Shown: positions 1 to 9,616, numbered from the stretch's first letter. The stretch: DNA of 64,000 bases from Roseibacillus sp. (GCA_051251855.1 JBPOGI010000001.1:1216001-1280000); one strand, 5' to 3'. Translations and numbers: made by a program. Notes: generated by a model from the sequence alone, not told the origin.

Positions 1-748
1 TCCCGCCACCAGCAAGCACATTGTAACCCTTAAGTTCCCCCTCTTCGATGATAGCAACAAAGGAAAGGCAGTTGGCGTAAACGTCCACGTCGTTACTTGG
101 TGGAATCGCGAAAGCGATTTTGAACTTACGAGGAAGATAGGTCTTTCCGTAAATAGGCTCCACCTCTGCTTCGCTGCTCTCCACTTTTTCACCATCGAGC
201 CAAATCTCATGATAAGCACCGGTCTGCGGAGTGAGGTGGTCGCTCACTGCCTGCGCGTGCTTGAGAACCTCAGCGTGAGTCTTTGAAATTTTCGGGTTCG
301 GATTGACCATCACGTTGCGATTCACATCACCACAGGCAGCAATCGTGTCCATCGCAGCATCGTTAACTTCCTTAATGGTCTGCTTGAGCTCGCCCTTAAT
401 GATGCCGTGTACCTGAAATGCCTGACGGGTGGTCAGCTTGAGAATGCCGTTGCCACCAAACTGCTCGGTCAGGCGATCCATTTCAATCCACTGTTGAGGA
501 GTAGATACTCCCCCAGGAACCCGTACCCGAATCATAAAGGAAAACGCCTTCTCCTTACCTTCCGCCTTCATCTGCTTCCGCAGGTCGCGGTCATCTTGTT
601 GGTATGTGCCGTGGAATTTGAGCAACTGCTCGTCATTCTTGGCAACCGCTCCCGTGGAATCATCATTGAGACTCTCCACAATTGTCCCGCGAAGGTAATC
701 ACTCTCGGTCTTGATTCCCTCGTTTTTTGCTAGTTTCACTTCGCTCAT
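1..748 (-). CDS. cysI: Assimilatory sulfite reductase hemoprotein (beta) subunit, N-terminal part; continues beyond the left edge
   Basis: Not in the ORF track. Manual translation from the ATG at 748 gives MSEVKLAKNEGIKTESDYLRGTI...LLKFHGTYQQDDRD...FMIRVRVPGG...LTTRQAFQVHG...AACGDVNRNV...YLPRKFKIA, all CysI hallmark motifs. Confidence 0.93.
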   Translation of the reverse strand, partial: MSEVKLAKNEGIKTESDYLRGTIVESLNDDSTGAVAKNDEQLLKFHGTYQQDDRDLRKQMKAEGKEKAFSFMIRVRVPGGVSTPQQWIEMDRLTEQFGGNGILKLTTRQAFQVHGIIKGELKQTIKEVNDAAMDTIAACGDVNRNVMVNPNPKISKTHAEVLKHAQAVSDHLTPQTGAYHEIWLDGEKVESSEAEVEPIYGKTYLPRKFKIAFAIPPSNDVDVYANCLSFVAIIEEGELKGYNVLAGGG

Positions 749-752
749 CGCT

Positions 753-796
753 TAATCTTTAGTAATTTGATAAAGTAACTTATGATTCAAAGTTAC
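753..796. promoter_or_regulatory. AT-rich candidate operator region upstream of cysI
   Basis: Perfect inverted repeat GTAACTT-N8-AAGTTAC (775-796) and an imperfect dyad TAATCTTTAGTAATTTGATAAAGTAA (753-778) resembling Rrf2-family boxes, immediately 5' of the cysI start. Confidence 0.35.
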
Positions 797-964
797 CCTC
801 CCCTTCTCACTTTTCAAGTGAAAAAATGTAAGGAACCTTAATCACGCCCTGCGCGCCTTATCAGACAATGGTTCAACGCGCCATGGTTGCTTTCGAATTT
901 TACATTCAAAGAAGAGCAAGCTTCGTCCTTTTCAAGCCCGCTGCTTCTCCTCAATGTGGGATTG

Positions 965-2440
965 ATGTCCGAGGAAACGCCCGCAGCCTCTCCCCCTCCA
1001 CTCCCACCTTCGCCGATGGAGAAGCTCAACGATTTCTCGGATCGGTTCAGCCCCATGCTCGTGAAGGAGCTCCGCCAAGGACTGCGCACGCACACCTTTG
1101 TCATCCTTTTCCTCATCTTGCAGGGACTTCTCGCCCTTATCCTACTTACAACAGCTGCCGCCGACGCCAACGCCGGAGGAGTCGTTTCCTCGATCATTTT
1201 CTTTCTCTTCTCAATTGCGGTCCTCGTCGTGCAGCCCCTGCGAGGAATGTCAGCCATAGCCAGCGAGGTCAAATCCGACACCATTGACCTCATGTCGCTC
1301 ACCAAGCTTTCGGCCTGGCGCATCGTCTTTGGCAAGTGGTCCTCCATCATGGGCCAAACAGCGCTCCTTCTCTTCGCCATCATTCCCTACCTCATTCTGC
1401 GCTACTTCTTTGGAGGCATGCAGTTGTTCTCCGAGCTCCTCCTGCTCTTCACCATTTTTCTATTTGCGGGAGTCCTCACTGCGGTGACGGTAGGGCTTTC
1501 CGCTTCTACCTTGGCCCTCATACGAGCGATTCCGCTGCTCGCCAGCTTCGTTCTCATCTGGTTCATTGGTTACTACTCTTTCGGTGGCTTTGATGTTCTA
1601 TTAGACGTTTTCACCCCTCAAGGTGCCGCTCATTGGTTTGGGCTTTTGGCAGGTTACTTGATTGCGGTCTTTGTGGGATATTTCTTCATGGAACTGGCGG
1701 CGACTGCGATTGCGCCTTCCGCAGAAAACCGAGCGACTCGTAAGCGCATGGCAGCTCTCGTGATCATCCCTGTTGTCTTTCTCGCCTTTCTTGCTGTCGA
1801 TGAGCAAGGCGGCTGGGTTGTTGTCTTTTTCCTTTTGGCATTGGTTTCACTCGATTTCTTCACCGAAAGTAATGACTACCCTTCCGTCGTCGTTCGCCCC
1901 TTCCTCAGGTTTGGTCCATTGGGTCGGCTTGCGGCTCGCTTGCTTGCCCCAGGCTGGGCCACCGGAATCCTGTTTCATCTTTTCATCGTAGCGATTGTGG
2001 CAGGTTTGAGCCTTCTCTTCGGCGACGAACTTCGCAATGGCTCCATCAACCCTTCTGTTTCGAGCGTTCTCGGCATCGTTCTGGGCATGCTTTACCTCCC
2101 ACTCCTTCTTCTTCAACTCTTTCAAAAACGAATCACCAATCGGCTCGTCAGCTATCTCCTCTTCTCGATTCTTCTCCTCGGCTTGATTCCGCTCCTTCTC
2201 ATGCTTGATGGCATTGGAGACACCGAAATGGTGGTTTGGGGATTTTGCTTCATACCCCATGTTCAGCTCTTTTTAGAAGACTACACCTCGAAAGAAACCT
2301 TTTCCCTCGTTGTCTGGAGTAGCACCGCCGTCTACATCGGCCTCTGTTTAGTCTTCACCTTCCGCCCCCTCCGAAATCTCTCTCTGTTAGAAAGTGAAGA
2401 ACTCCAGCGCCTCGCCTCCGAAACCGACTCGAAACAATGA
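965..2440 (+). CDS. ABC-2-type permease-like polytopic membrane protein
   Basis: SPMLVKELRQGLR at the N-terminus, E-x3-T-x-DLMSLTKLSAWRIVFGKW motif, about 12 hydrophobic segments; ATG at 965 preferred over 887. Confidence 0.75.
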   Translation: MSEETPAASPPPLPPSPMEKLNDFSDRFSPMLVKELRQGLRTHTFVILFLILQGLLALILLTTAAADANAGGVVSSIIFFLFSIAVLVVQPLRGMSAIASEVKSDTIDLMSLTKLSAWRIVFGKWSSIMGQTALLLFAIIPYLILRYFFGGMQLFSELLLLFTIFLFAGVLTAVTVGLSASTLALIRAIPLLASFVLIWFIGYYSFGGFDVLLDVFTPQGAAHWFGLLAGYLIAVFVGYFFMELAATAIAPSAENRATRKRMAALVIIPVVFLAFLAVDEQGGWVVVFFLLALVSLDFFTESNDYPSVVVRPFLRFGPLGRLAARLLAPGWATGILFHLFIVAIVAGLSLLFGDELRNGSINPSVSSVLGIVLGMLYLPLLLLQLFQKRITNRLVSYLLFSILLLGLIPLLLMLDGIGDTEMVVWGFCFIPHVQLFLEDYTSKETFSLVVWSSTAVYIGLCLVFTFRPLRNLSLLESEELQRLASETDSKQ

Positions 2441-3318
2441 CTCCCGAAGCTCTCAAGGACGCCTACTCTCGCAGCTCTGCTTGCGCTAACCGTCTTCGCT
2501 TACCCTTGCGAAGTAAGGTTTGGCGCGGCGGTTCGGGTGAATTCGCAGGTGCTGGCACCGGGTCTTCGATGGACTTCCAAGACCATCGCAACTACGTCCC
2601 CGGAGATGACCCTCGTCATATCAACTGGCAAGCCTACGCCCGCACCGGTCAGTATACGATGAAGCTTTATCGTGAAGAGGTCCGCCCTGTTATCGACCTC
2701 ATTTGCGACGTCTCGCCCTCCATGTTCTTGGATAGAACGAAATCAGCCCGCACTGCTGAGCTCCTCTCCTTTTTCACCCAGTCCTCCCTCCGAGCAGGTG
2801 CTTCGCTCACCATTCATCTCGTCTCGGGTTCTGCTCACCAATTAGTTCCCAACGAAGCTATCCCAAGCCGCCAATGGTTTGATATCGCGCAAAAACTTCA
2901 AAATGACGACCCTGCTGGAACCCTCAATCTTTCCTCAGTCCCACTCAGACAAAGCTCCTTCCGCGTTTTGCTCTCCGACCTTCTCTTTCCTGGTGACCCA
3001 GCTGCCATCCTTCACATCCTCGGAGCTCGCCACGGGACTCCACTCATCTTCGCGCCATTTCTTGAAAGCGAAGCCAACCCCGACTGGCAAGGGAACTACG
3101 AATTTGTCGATGCCGAACGGTCTACCCGCCACCCACATCGTATCGAACCTCGCGTGCTCAAGAACTACCTGAAGGCCTACCAACGACACTTCGCCCTCTG
3201 GAAAAACACCTCCCAGCGCTTGCAAGCACTGATGTCCCGCGTCCCCGCCGATCAAGACTTAGAAAAAGCGCTCTATAGCGAAGCCGTTCCCATCCAAGCT
3301 CTAGAAATCCTCGGATAA
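2437..3318 (+). CDS. DUF58 family protein (MoxR-associated)
   Basis: G-x-S-x-DFQDHRNYVPGDDPRHINWQAYART, DVSPSM and LLSDL motifs; ATGA overlap with the upstream gene. Confidence 0.9.
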   Translation: MTPEALKDAYSRSSACANRLRLPLRSKVWRGGSGEFAGAGTGSSMDFQDHRNYVPGDDPRHINWQAYARTGQYTMKLYREEVRPVIDLICDVSPSMFLDRTKSARTAELLSFFTQSSLRAGASLTIHLVSGSAHQLVPNEAIPSRQWFDIAQKLQNDDPAGTLNLSSVPLRQSSFRVLLSDLLFPGDPAAILHILGARHGTPLIFAPFLESEANPDWQGNYEFVDAERSTRHPHRIEPRVLKNYLKAYQRHFALWKNTSQRLQALMSRVPADQDLEKALYSEAVPIQALEILG

Positions 3319-3323
3319 AGAAG

Positions 3324-4868
3324 CTACTTCTTCACAATCGACTCGCCCGTCATTTCCTTTGGCTTCGAAAGCCCCATCATCTCCAAAAGAGTGGGAGCCA
3401 CATCCGCCAAGATTCCATCTCCGACCGAACAATCCTTCGCATCGTCAGCGACGTAAATGGCATTCACTAGATTCGTAGTATGTGCCGTATTCGGTGAGCC
3501 GTCTGCATTCCGCATAAACTCGCAGTTACCATGGTCCGCGGTAATCAAAAGCTTGCCGCCTAATCTCAAAGTCTCTTCCACCACTTGCTTCACCGCATCA
3601 TCAATGGTCTCAACCGCCTTTATCGCCGCTTCCACGATACCCGTGTGACCAACCATGTCTGGATTGGCAAAGTTCAGTATTACGAGGTCATAGTTCTTCA
3701 ACTTATCGACCACTGTTGCTACCACTTCTTCCGCACTCATCTCCGGCTTTTCGTCGTAAGTCGCAACCTCTTTAGGTGAAGGAATGATGAAACGTTCTTC
3801 GCCCTCAAACTCCTTCTCGACCCCACCGTTGAAGAAGTAGGTCACGTGAGGATACTTCTCCGTCTCAGCGATGCGCATCTGGTTTTTCCCAGCTGCCGCC
3901 ACCACTTCTCCCAACACATTTTCGAGGGTCTGAGGAGGAAACGCTACCGGCACTCCATACGTTTCATCATACTCGGTAAGAGTAACGAAGTGCACGTCAG
4001 GCGCCCCTCCGTTGTCAAAACCATCGAAGCCATCCTTTACGAACGCCTCTGAAATTTGACGCGCCCGGTCGGCACGGAAGTTGAAGAAAACAACCACGTC
4101 CCCGTCATTAATCCGACGCTCATTCGCAGCCTCAAAAATCATCGGCATCAGAAACTCATCCGTCTTCTCGAGCTCGTATTGTTCGGCTACCGCTTCACTC
4201 GCCAGCACGCTCTTCTGCTCTCCTTTTCCTTCCACGATGGCATCCCACGCAAGCTGAGTTCGCTCCCAACGTTTGTCTCGGTCCATCGCATAGTAACGTC
4301 CCACAACGGTAACAATGCGCGCTCCACTTTCGGCAAGCTTCTCTTCAACCTCGCTGAGATATCCCTGTCCGCCCGTGGGTGAAGTGTCCCGTCCATCGGT
4401 AATAGCGTGAACAAAAATATCATCGACCCCCGCTTCCTTCGCCTCCTTGGCCAGAGCCACGAGATGGTTCTGGTGACTGTGCACCCCACCATCGGAAAGC
4501 AGACCCAAAAAGTGAAGCTTCTTACCTTTCCCCTTCGCTTTCGCAAAAGCCTCTTTCAAAATCTCATTCTGACCCAACTCACCGTCTGCGATACACTTGT
4601 TAATCCGTGTCAGGTCCTGATAAACGATCCGCCCTGCACCCAAGTTCAAGTGACCGACCTCTGAATTTCCCATTTGTCCTTCAGGCAAGCCCACATCGAG
4701 CCCCGATGCCGAAAGATTGCCGCGAGGATAGTCTTTCAAGAGCACATTGTCGTGAAAGGGAGTATTTGCCAACTCGACCGCGTTACCATCTTGCTCTGCC
4801 GTCGCGGCTCCACCGGGATTGAAACCCCACCCATCACGAATAATCAACACAACTGGTTTCTTGCTCAT
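3324..4868 (-). CDS. gpmI: 2,3-bisphosphoglycerate-independent phosphoglycerate mutase
   Basis: VLIIRDGWG, GQMGNSEVGH, DGGVHSH, GRYYAMDRD, AETEKYPHVT, NPDMVGHTG, TADHGN. Confidence 0.97.
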   Translation of the reverse strand: MSKKPVVLIIRDGWGFNPGGAATAEQDGNAVELANTPFHDNVLLKDYPRGNLSASGLDVGLPEGQMGNSEVGHLNLGAGRIVYQDLTRINKCIADGELGQNEILKEAFAKAKGKGKKLHFLGLLSDGGVHSHQNHLVALAKEAKEAGVDDIFVHAITDGRDTSPTGGQGYLSEVEEKLAESGARIVTVVGRYYAMDRDKRWERTQLAWDAIVEGKGEQKSVLASEAVAEQYELEKTDEFLMPMIFEAANERRINDGDVVVFFNFRADRARQISEAFVKDGFDGFDNGGAPDVHFVTLTEYDETYGVPVAFPPQTLENVLGEVVAAAGKNQMRIAETEKYPHVTYFFNGGVEKEFEGEERFIIPSPKEVATYDEKPEMSAEEVVATVVDKLKNYDLVILNFANPDMVGHTGIVEAAIKAVETIDDAVKQVVEETLRLGGKLLITADHGNCEFMRNADGSPNTAHTTNLVNAIYVADDAKDCSVGDGILADVAPTLLEMMGLSKPKEMTGESIVKK

Positions 4869-4987
4869 GGGACCCATCTACCGAAGTCCTGCCCCTCCAT
4901 CAAGCCTAGCCGAGAATCTTTTCATAAAGGGTGGCAGCCTCACAGTCTGCGCTTTTCACCGCGCTCGCAGAGTTCTATCCTCCGACC

Positions 4988-5791
4988 GTGTTCCTGCGCA
5001 TCGAAGACCTACATGTTCATTTCCCCGGCCGTCGTGGTTTTCTGGGAAAAAGCGAAAGCGAACCCGTGAAAGCTGTTGATGGTGTTTCGCTCTCCATCGC
5101 AAGTGGAGAAATCTTAGGTCTGGTGGGCGAATCTGGATGTGGCAAGTCCACCCTTTCTCGCACCGTAATGCAGCTCCTCCCACCCACATCCGGTAAAATT
5201 ATTCTCGAGGACCGCACTCTCAACCTTCTCCCGAAAGCTGAAATCCGTCAGCATCGGCTGGATTTCCAGATGATCTTTCAGGATCCCTACGCTTCACTCA
5301 ACCCTCGCATGACAGTATTCTCCATGCTGGCTGAGGCCATTTCAAGACGCCATCCCACCCTTTCTAAGGACAAAACCGAGATGACCAAACGAGTTGTCAA
5401 ACTCATGGAAACGGTCGGACTCGACCCCCGCCACATGCGTAAATATCCCCACGAATTTTCCGGAGGACAACGCCAACGGGTTGCTATTGCACGTGCCTTA
5501 GCCCCAGAGCCAAAGCTAGTTATCGCTGACGAACCCGTCTCCGCCCTTGATGTTTCCATTCAATCTCAAATCCTCAACCTTCTCCTCAAGCTTCGTGACG
5601 AATTGGATCTCACCATGATCTTTATTTCCCACGACCTCTCTGTCGTCCGCTACATCTCCGACAACATCGCAGTGATGTATGCAGGCAAGATCGTCGAATA
5701 CGGCACCGCCGAAAAAGTCTTTAACGAAGCGGAGCATCCCTATACGCAAAAACTCCTCAGCGCGGTTCCTCGCATCCAAGCTGCTTCATAA
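4988..5791 (+). CDS. Oligopeptide/dipeptide ABC transporter ATP-binding subunit (OppF/DppF-like)
   Basis: Walker [49 protein letters not shown] start at 4988 inferred. Confidence 0.9.
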   Translation: MFLRIEDLHVHFPGRRGFLGKSESEPVKAVDGVSLSIASGEILGLVGESGCGKSTLSRTVMQLLPPTSGKIILEDRTLNLLPKAEIRQHRLDFQMIFQDPYASLNPRMTVFSMLAEAISRRHPTLSKDKTEMTKRVVKLMETVGLDPRHMRKYPHEFSGGQRQRVAIARALAPEPKLVIADEPVSALDVSIQSQILNLLLKLRDELDLTMIFISHDLSVVRYISDNIAVMYAGKIVEYGTAEKVFNEAEHPYTQKLLSAVPRIQAAS

Positions 5792-5800
5792 TTCTCGAAA

Positions 5801-6151
5801 ATGGACCCTGTTCTTTACAAAATCATCCACCTTGCCGGCGTTGTTATTCTCTTTGGGGCCCTTGGTGCTGGCGTCTACACCGCTTCTAGCAAAGACAACA
5901 AGCTTGCCGGTATTCTCCATGGTATTAGCCTCGTTCTCATTCTCGTCTCGGGCTTCGGTCTTGTAGCCAAGATTTGGGACAATCAATTCACTTGGTGGGT
6001 CATTGCCAAACTGGTCATTTGGCTTCTTTTGGGCGGCTCCTACGCACTAGCAAAAAAACGCCTTCTTCCTGAGAATACCGCCTTTGCCTTCATTCTAGGT
6101 CTTGGTGTCATCGCAGCCGTTCTAGGCAACATTCCCTACCTCGCCTCCTAG
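5801..6151 (+). CDS. Small four-helix membrane protein (SirB2-like)
   Basis: YKIIHLAG..., HGISLVLILVSGFGL, WVIAKLVIW pattern; four hydrophobic segments. Confidence 0.65.
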   Translation: MDPVLYKIIHLAGVVILFGALGAGVYTASSKDNKLAGILHGISLVLILVSGFGLVAKIWDNQFTWWVIAKLVIWLLLGGSYALAKKRLLPENTAFAFILGLGVIAAVLGNIPYLAS

Positions 6152-6275
6152 ATGATTTCCACTCTGCTGGGCGGACCATCGTAAGCGTTTATTTTGCAGA
6201 ACAGGTTTGTTTACACCGCGAGCGGAGCTGGCCTCTTTCATTGCTGCCATCATTTTCGCGTCTCTTCGGGGAATC

Positions 6276-6575
6276 CTAATCTAGTTCTGAGCTAGGCATC
6301 TCGCACAATTCAGCGGATCCTCGGCCTAAGATGAAGGGGTGTTGCTCCACCAGATCCAAGAACTTCTGCTTATCAACAGAATCGAAACGCATGAAACCCA
6401 CGATATGTTTTGTCGTTTTCAACGACTCGGAGTTCCCTCCGATAGTTCGCTCTCCAATCTCACTGCCCCCACAAAAGACTCCACTCTTTAGTGCCGCAGT
6501 GAAAAATCCGTCCCACTCGGCTTCTGTGGGCTAGCTTTGTGCGCTCCCCTGTATGAGTAAGATGTAATGACTCAT
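6276..6575 (-). pseudogene. YciI-like small protein gene interrupted by an in-frame TAG at codon 15
   Basis: Manual translation: MSHYILLIQGSAQS*PTEAEWDGFFTAALKSGVFCGGSEIGERTIGGNSESLKTTKHIVGFMRFDSVDKQKFLDLVEQHPFILGRGSAELCEMPSSELD*. The TAG is at 6533-6531 and the frame is otherwise intact. Confidence 0.65.
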
Positions 6576-6613
6576 TTTCTCAGCCTTCTTCGCAAAGTAA
6601 TGAGCTTCAGGAT

Positions 6614-7054
6614 CTAGAGCCCCAAGGCTTTCCATCCCCCGGCCAAAACAAAAATCTGGCCCTCCGGTATCAGCTCCAACTCGCGAATCTTTTGTGAAAC
6701 AGGTTCACTCGAACCACACCCCTCCGTGGCGCAATACACAACCACCGTCTCAGCCGTCGCTAGACTCTCAAACGCCTCCGCCATCAAACTAGGAAAATCT
6801 TCCGAAGGATGGTCTGTCAACAACACCGAATTCGGATAACCATTCAGCTCCCAAAGCTCTCGCGTGCGCGCATCCACCCATACGACAGCGGGCATCTCCT
6901 CGGCATCTGCAAAGCAAATATACCCCGGTTTTAAATTCTCAGGATCACACTTCACCTCTCGCTGCGGGCCTCCCGTAAAGACCCAGGTCCCAACGGCCGC
7001 CCCCCCTGATAGAGCGACAATCGCCAGCGATTCAATGACCGTCCGCGCAATCAT
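6614..7054 (-). CDS. Membrane-anchored rhodanese-like domain protein
   Basis: N-terminal TM segment, VWVDAR, VVVYCATEGCGSS, FVLAGGW. Confidence 0.85.
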   Translation of the reverse strand: MIARTVIESLAIVALSGGAAVGTWVFTGGPQREVKCDPENLKPGYICFADAEEMPAVVWVDARTRELWELNGYPNSVLLTDHPSEDFPSLMAEAFESLATAETVVVYCATEGCGSSEPVSQKIRELELIPEGQIFVLAGGWKALGL

Positions 7055-7749
7055 TTCTTCACCGCCGGATTCATGAGACTCCCCTTCGTTACCACCGCGT
7101 AAGCCTGATAGCTCTTGTGCTTCTTGAAGGCACTATTAGTCGTAATCCGCAGAAGCCCAAAACCACGCTGGTCAGTTTCGCTAGGAGTCACCGAAAGGCG
7201 GTAGATCTTGCCCTTCTCGATTGTTTCTAACTTAAATGGAAACTTTCCCTCATTCGTCCCACTCACCTTCAAAATTTCTAGCGGATATTCATCGCTAATG
7301 GTCAGTAGAAAAGCCTGCTCTTTAGGTTCAGTCCCTTCCTCCCACTTGAGAGTTTTGGGCTCGATCTTCAATAACTCCGGCATCGTCATTCTAACCGTCA
7401 GATCGTGTCGCGCGCCATTGACCATCAAAATTGAAATCTGCTTATCAACGGTGCCTCGAAAGTTCCCCACCTTGAACAGCCCACGGACCGTTCCCTCTTC
7501 TCCCTCTTCCCACTTGAGACGACCGCCATCGCTTATTTGAGCTTCTAAGCAAGAGCATGGAGCATCGTATCGCTTGATTTCAGCCGGTCCTGAACCTGAA
7601 CTTTTAAATTTAAAGTCAGCCGTCACCGTCTCTTGGTCAGGCTCGGCTAGAACTTCGATAATAGTCTTCTCGAACTTGAGCCCACCTGCGCACGCTATCG
7701 TAGCAAGCGAGTAATAGAGGCCTAATGCGAGTAGACAATTCCTTTTCAT
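7051..7749 (-). CDS. Exported DUF1573 / Ig-like domain protein
   Basis: Signal peptide MKRNCLLALGLYY, APCSCL motif, beta-rich; ATGA coupling with both neighbours. Confidence 0.7.
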   Translation of the reverse strand: MKRNCLLALGLYYSLATIACAGGLKFEKTIIEVLAEPDQETVTADFKFKSSGSGPAEIKRYDAPCSCLEAQISDGGRLKWEEGEEGTVRGLFKVGNFRGTVDKQISILMVNGARHDLTVRMTMPELLKIEPKTLKWEEGTEPKEQAFLLTISDEYPLEILKVSGTNEGKFPFKLETIEKGKIYRLSVTPSETDQRGFGLLRITTNSAFKKHKSYQAYAVVTKGSLMNPAVKK

Positions 7750-8237
7750 TTCTGAGCTAAAGGTAGCAGCTCGATTCCAACAATCAACCTTCCACCTCTC
7801 CACTCAGGACCCGCAATATAAAGCCACTTCCCGTTCTTCATCGGTTGCGTGGTCTTCATCACTTTACGCTTTCCCTGCCAAAGCTCCAAATCCAACTTCA
7901 CACCATCGTTCTCAGCCTCACTGTTCGGCTCGAAACTTAAGAGAATTTCGTCCGACCCCTTCATCGGTGACGCCCAATTGGTATAGCTTCGCCAGATGGG
8001 CTTGGTATCCGTTCCCAGAAGCCCATAGCTGCTAAAGTTTAAATCTTTCAAGAGCTGCATTCGAACTGAATGCCCTTTCTCTGCAGGTTTAGCAGAGGGC
8101 ACAAGTTTCGCCAAATCACCGTGAGTTCCAAATAAGAGAACAGTTCGCAACCGAGCAACCGCCTCCTTACCTGGATCCTGAGCAGCTGAGCATCCTGCGA
8201 GCAACATCCAAACGAAGGCAATGACTGAAATTCTCAT
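7746..8237 (-). CDS. Exported or lipoprotein of unknown function in the ECF operon
   Basis: Lipobox-like LLAGC; begins immediately after the anti-sigma stop. Confidence 0.65.
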   Translation of the reverse strand: MRISVIAFVWMLLAGCSAAQDPGKEAVARLRTVLLFGTHGDLAKLVPSAKPAEKGHSVRMQLLKDLNFSSYGLLGTDTKPIWRSYTNWASPMKGSDEILLSFEPNSEAENDGVKLDLELWQGKRKVMKTTQPMKNGKWLYIAGPEWRGGRLIVGIELLPLAQK

Positions 8238-8849
8238 CTAGTAAACTTGAGGTGAACCTTTGGTAGAAATCAGCTGCACATCAGACGGCAACTCCCGCAC
8301 GCTCTGGCCTCCCGCCATCAAATCGTATGAGTCAGGAATTGGTTGTAAGCCATCGAGCACAATCACACTCGTCCCCGCCGCATCCGCATTGACGATGGTT
8401 GAGGTCACGCCTCCTTCTGGAGTGTAAACAAGAGGCCGGCTTTGCTCCTTAGCCACCACAAGTTGATTCTCCACTGGAGCTTTTCCTACTCGCGTGCCAG
8501 CAAGAAAGGCAACCGCCATGGCGCCCACTGCCACCGGAGCCAGCCACCACTTCAAAGCATCACGCCAAGTGCCTGATGCTTTAGAGGGCGCAGCAACTCC
8601 CTCTTCACGATCGGCATCTCGAATAGCCTGCTCCAGCTTCGTCTGGAAAAAATCGCCATAAGGAACGTCACCTGTCTGACCAAACGCGCTTTGCAATTCG
8701 TTCCTCAGCTCCGAATGCCCCTCCTTCATCGCATGCAATTCAGGTTCGGCCTCCAAGATCAGAGCCAACTCCTCTTTCTCGCCAGTAGACAACACATCGT
8801 CATCCATCCAACGCACAATTAGTTCTTCTTTACGCTCCTGATTCATCAC
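8238..8849 (-). CDS. Putative transmembrane anti-sigma factor
   Basis: Overlaps the 3' end of the ECF sigma gene; helical N-terminus (WMDDDVLSTGEKEEL), one TM segment, extracytoplasmic C-terminus. Confidence 0.75.
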   Translation of the reverse strand: MMNQERKEELIVRWMDDDVLSTGEKEELALILEAEPELHAMKEGHSELRNELQSAFGQTGDVPYGDFFQTKLEQAIRDADREEGVAAPSKASGTWRDALKWWLAPVAVGAMAVAFLAGTRVGKAPVENQLVVAKEQSRPLVYTPEGGVTSTIVNADAAGTSVIVLDGLQPIPDSYDLMAGGQSVRELPSDVQLISTKGSPQVY

Positions 8850-9453
8850 TTAGCAGTCCTTGTAGTTTCTTACGTGCATAAAATAAACGGCTCATCACCG
8901 TTCCCATCGAAATTTCCATCACATCCGCGATCTCTTTATAATCCATTCCCTGAACCTCGCGCAGCATCACCACCTCTTGATGCTCTGGCGAAAGCTTGCT
9001 CATCGCATCTTCGATACGGGTTCTCAGCTCATCATTGCGCATGGCATCATCCGGCCGAGCCTCTTGAGTCGGAGTCGTCAGCGCCCCCACCGCAATCTGG
9101 CTTTCCTTCATCAAAGTGTCGTCAAATTCGCCTGCGCTTTTTAATTTTCTCTTTCTCATCCAATCGTAAACCACGTTGTGGACGATTCGATACAACCAGG
9201 TCGAAAACTTGGCGCGCGCCTCGAACTTCGGAAGCGCCTTCCAAACCTTCAGAAACACCTCTTGAGACAAATCCCAAGCATCGGCGTCGTTTTTGACCAT
9301 ATTTTGAATCATTGCATATACTCGTCCGCGATGACGGGTCACGAGATCCTCGAAAGCCCGGGAGTCGCCTCCTTGGCTACGAGCCACAAGGTCCAGATCA
9401 ATCTGGGCATCGTCACCTCCTCCTCCGGCACTATCGCCAGAGTCCTTCGCCAT
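8830..9453 (-). CDS. ECF-type RNA polymerase sigma-70 factor (RpoE-like)
   Basis: GDSRAFEDLV, DLSQEVFLKVW, FSTWLYRIV, LREVQGMDYKEIADVMEISMGTVMSRLFYARKKL; alternative start at 9492. Confidence 0.95.
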   Translation of the reverse strand: MAKDSGDSAGGGGDDAQIDLDLVARSQGGDSRAFEDLVTRHRGRVYAMIQNMVKNDADAWDLSQEVFLKVWKALPKFEARAKFSTWLYRIVHNVVYDWMRKRKLKSAGEFDDTLMKESQIAVGALTTPTQEARPDDAMRNDELRTRIEDAMSKLSPEHQEVVMLREVQGMDYKEIADVMEISMGTVMSRLFYARKKLQGLLSDESGA

Positions 9454-9583
9454 CACCCCTTTCGACGCTGACCTAGTGAAAAAATTCATCAAAATTTAAC
9501 GAAAACGTAGAATGCCTAAATACCACCAAAAAGGCAAGGCAGGGCTCGCTTCAAAAAAAATCGAAAAAAAAGTGCCTCTTCTT

Positions 9584-9610
9584 TGAACGGATCGCTTCCT
9601 GACGGGTCTA
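9584..9610 (+). promoter_or_regulatory. Candidate ECF-type promoter TGAAC-N17-GTCTA
   Basis: Matches the generic RpoE-like GAAC...GTC(TA) arrangement; points away from the ECF gene into a structured non-coding segment. Confidence 0.4.
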
Positions 9611-9616
9611 CTCCCT

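Noticed and set aside
407..733. 108-aa + strand ORF
   Set aside because: Antisense to cysI, which the track missed because it runs off the window edge
6531..6533. Pyrrolysine or genome-wide TAG recoding
   Set aside because: TAG ends many conserved genes here (pyc, clpX, gpmI) and no pyl genes are present in the window
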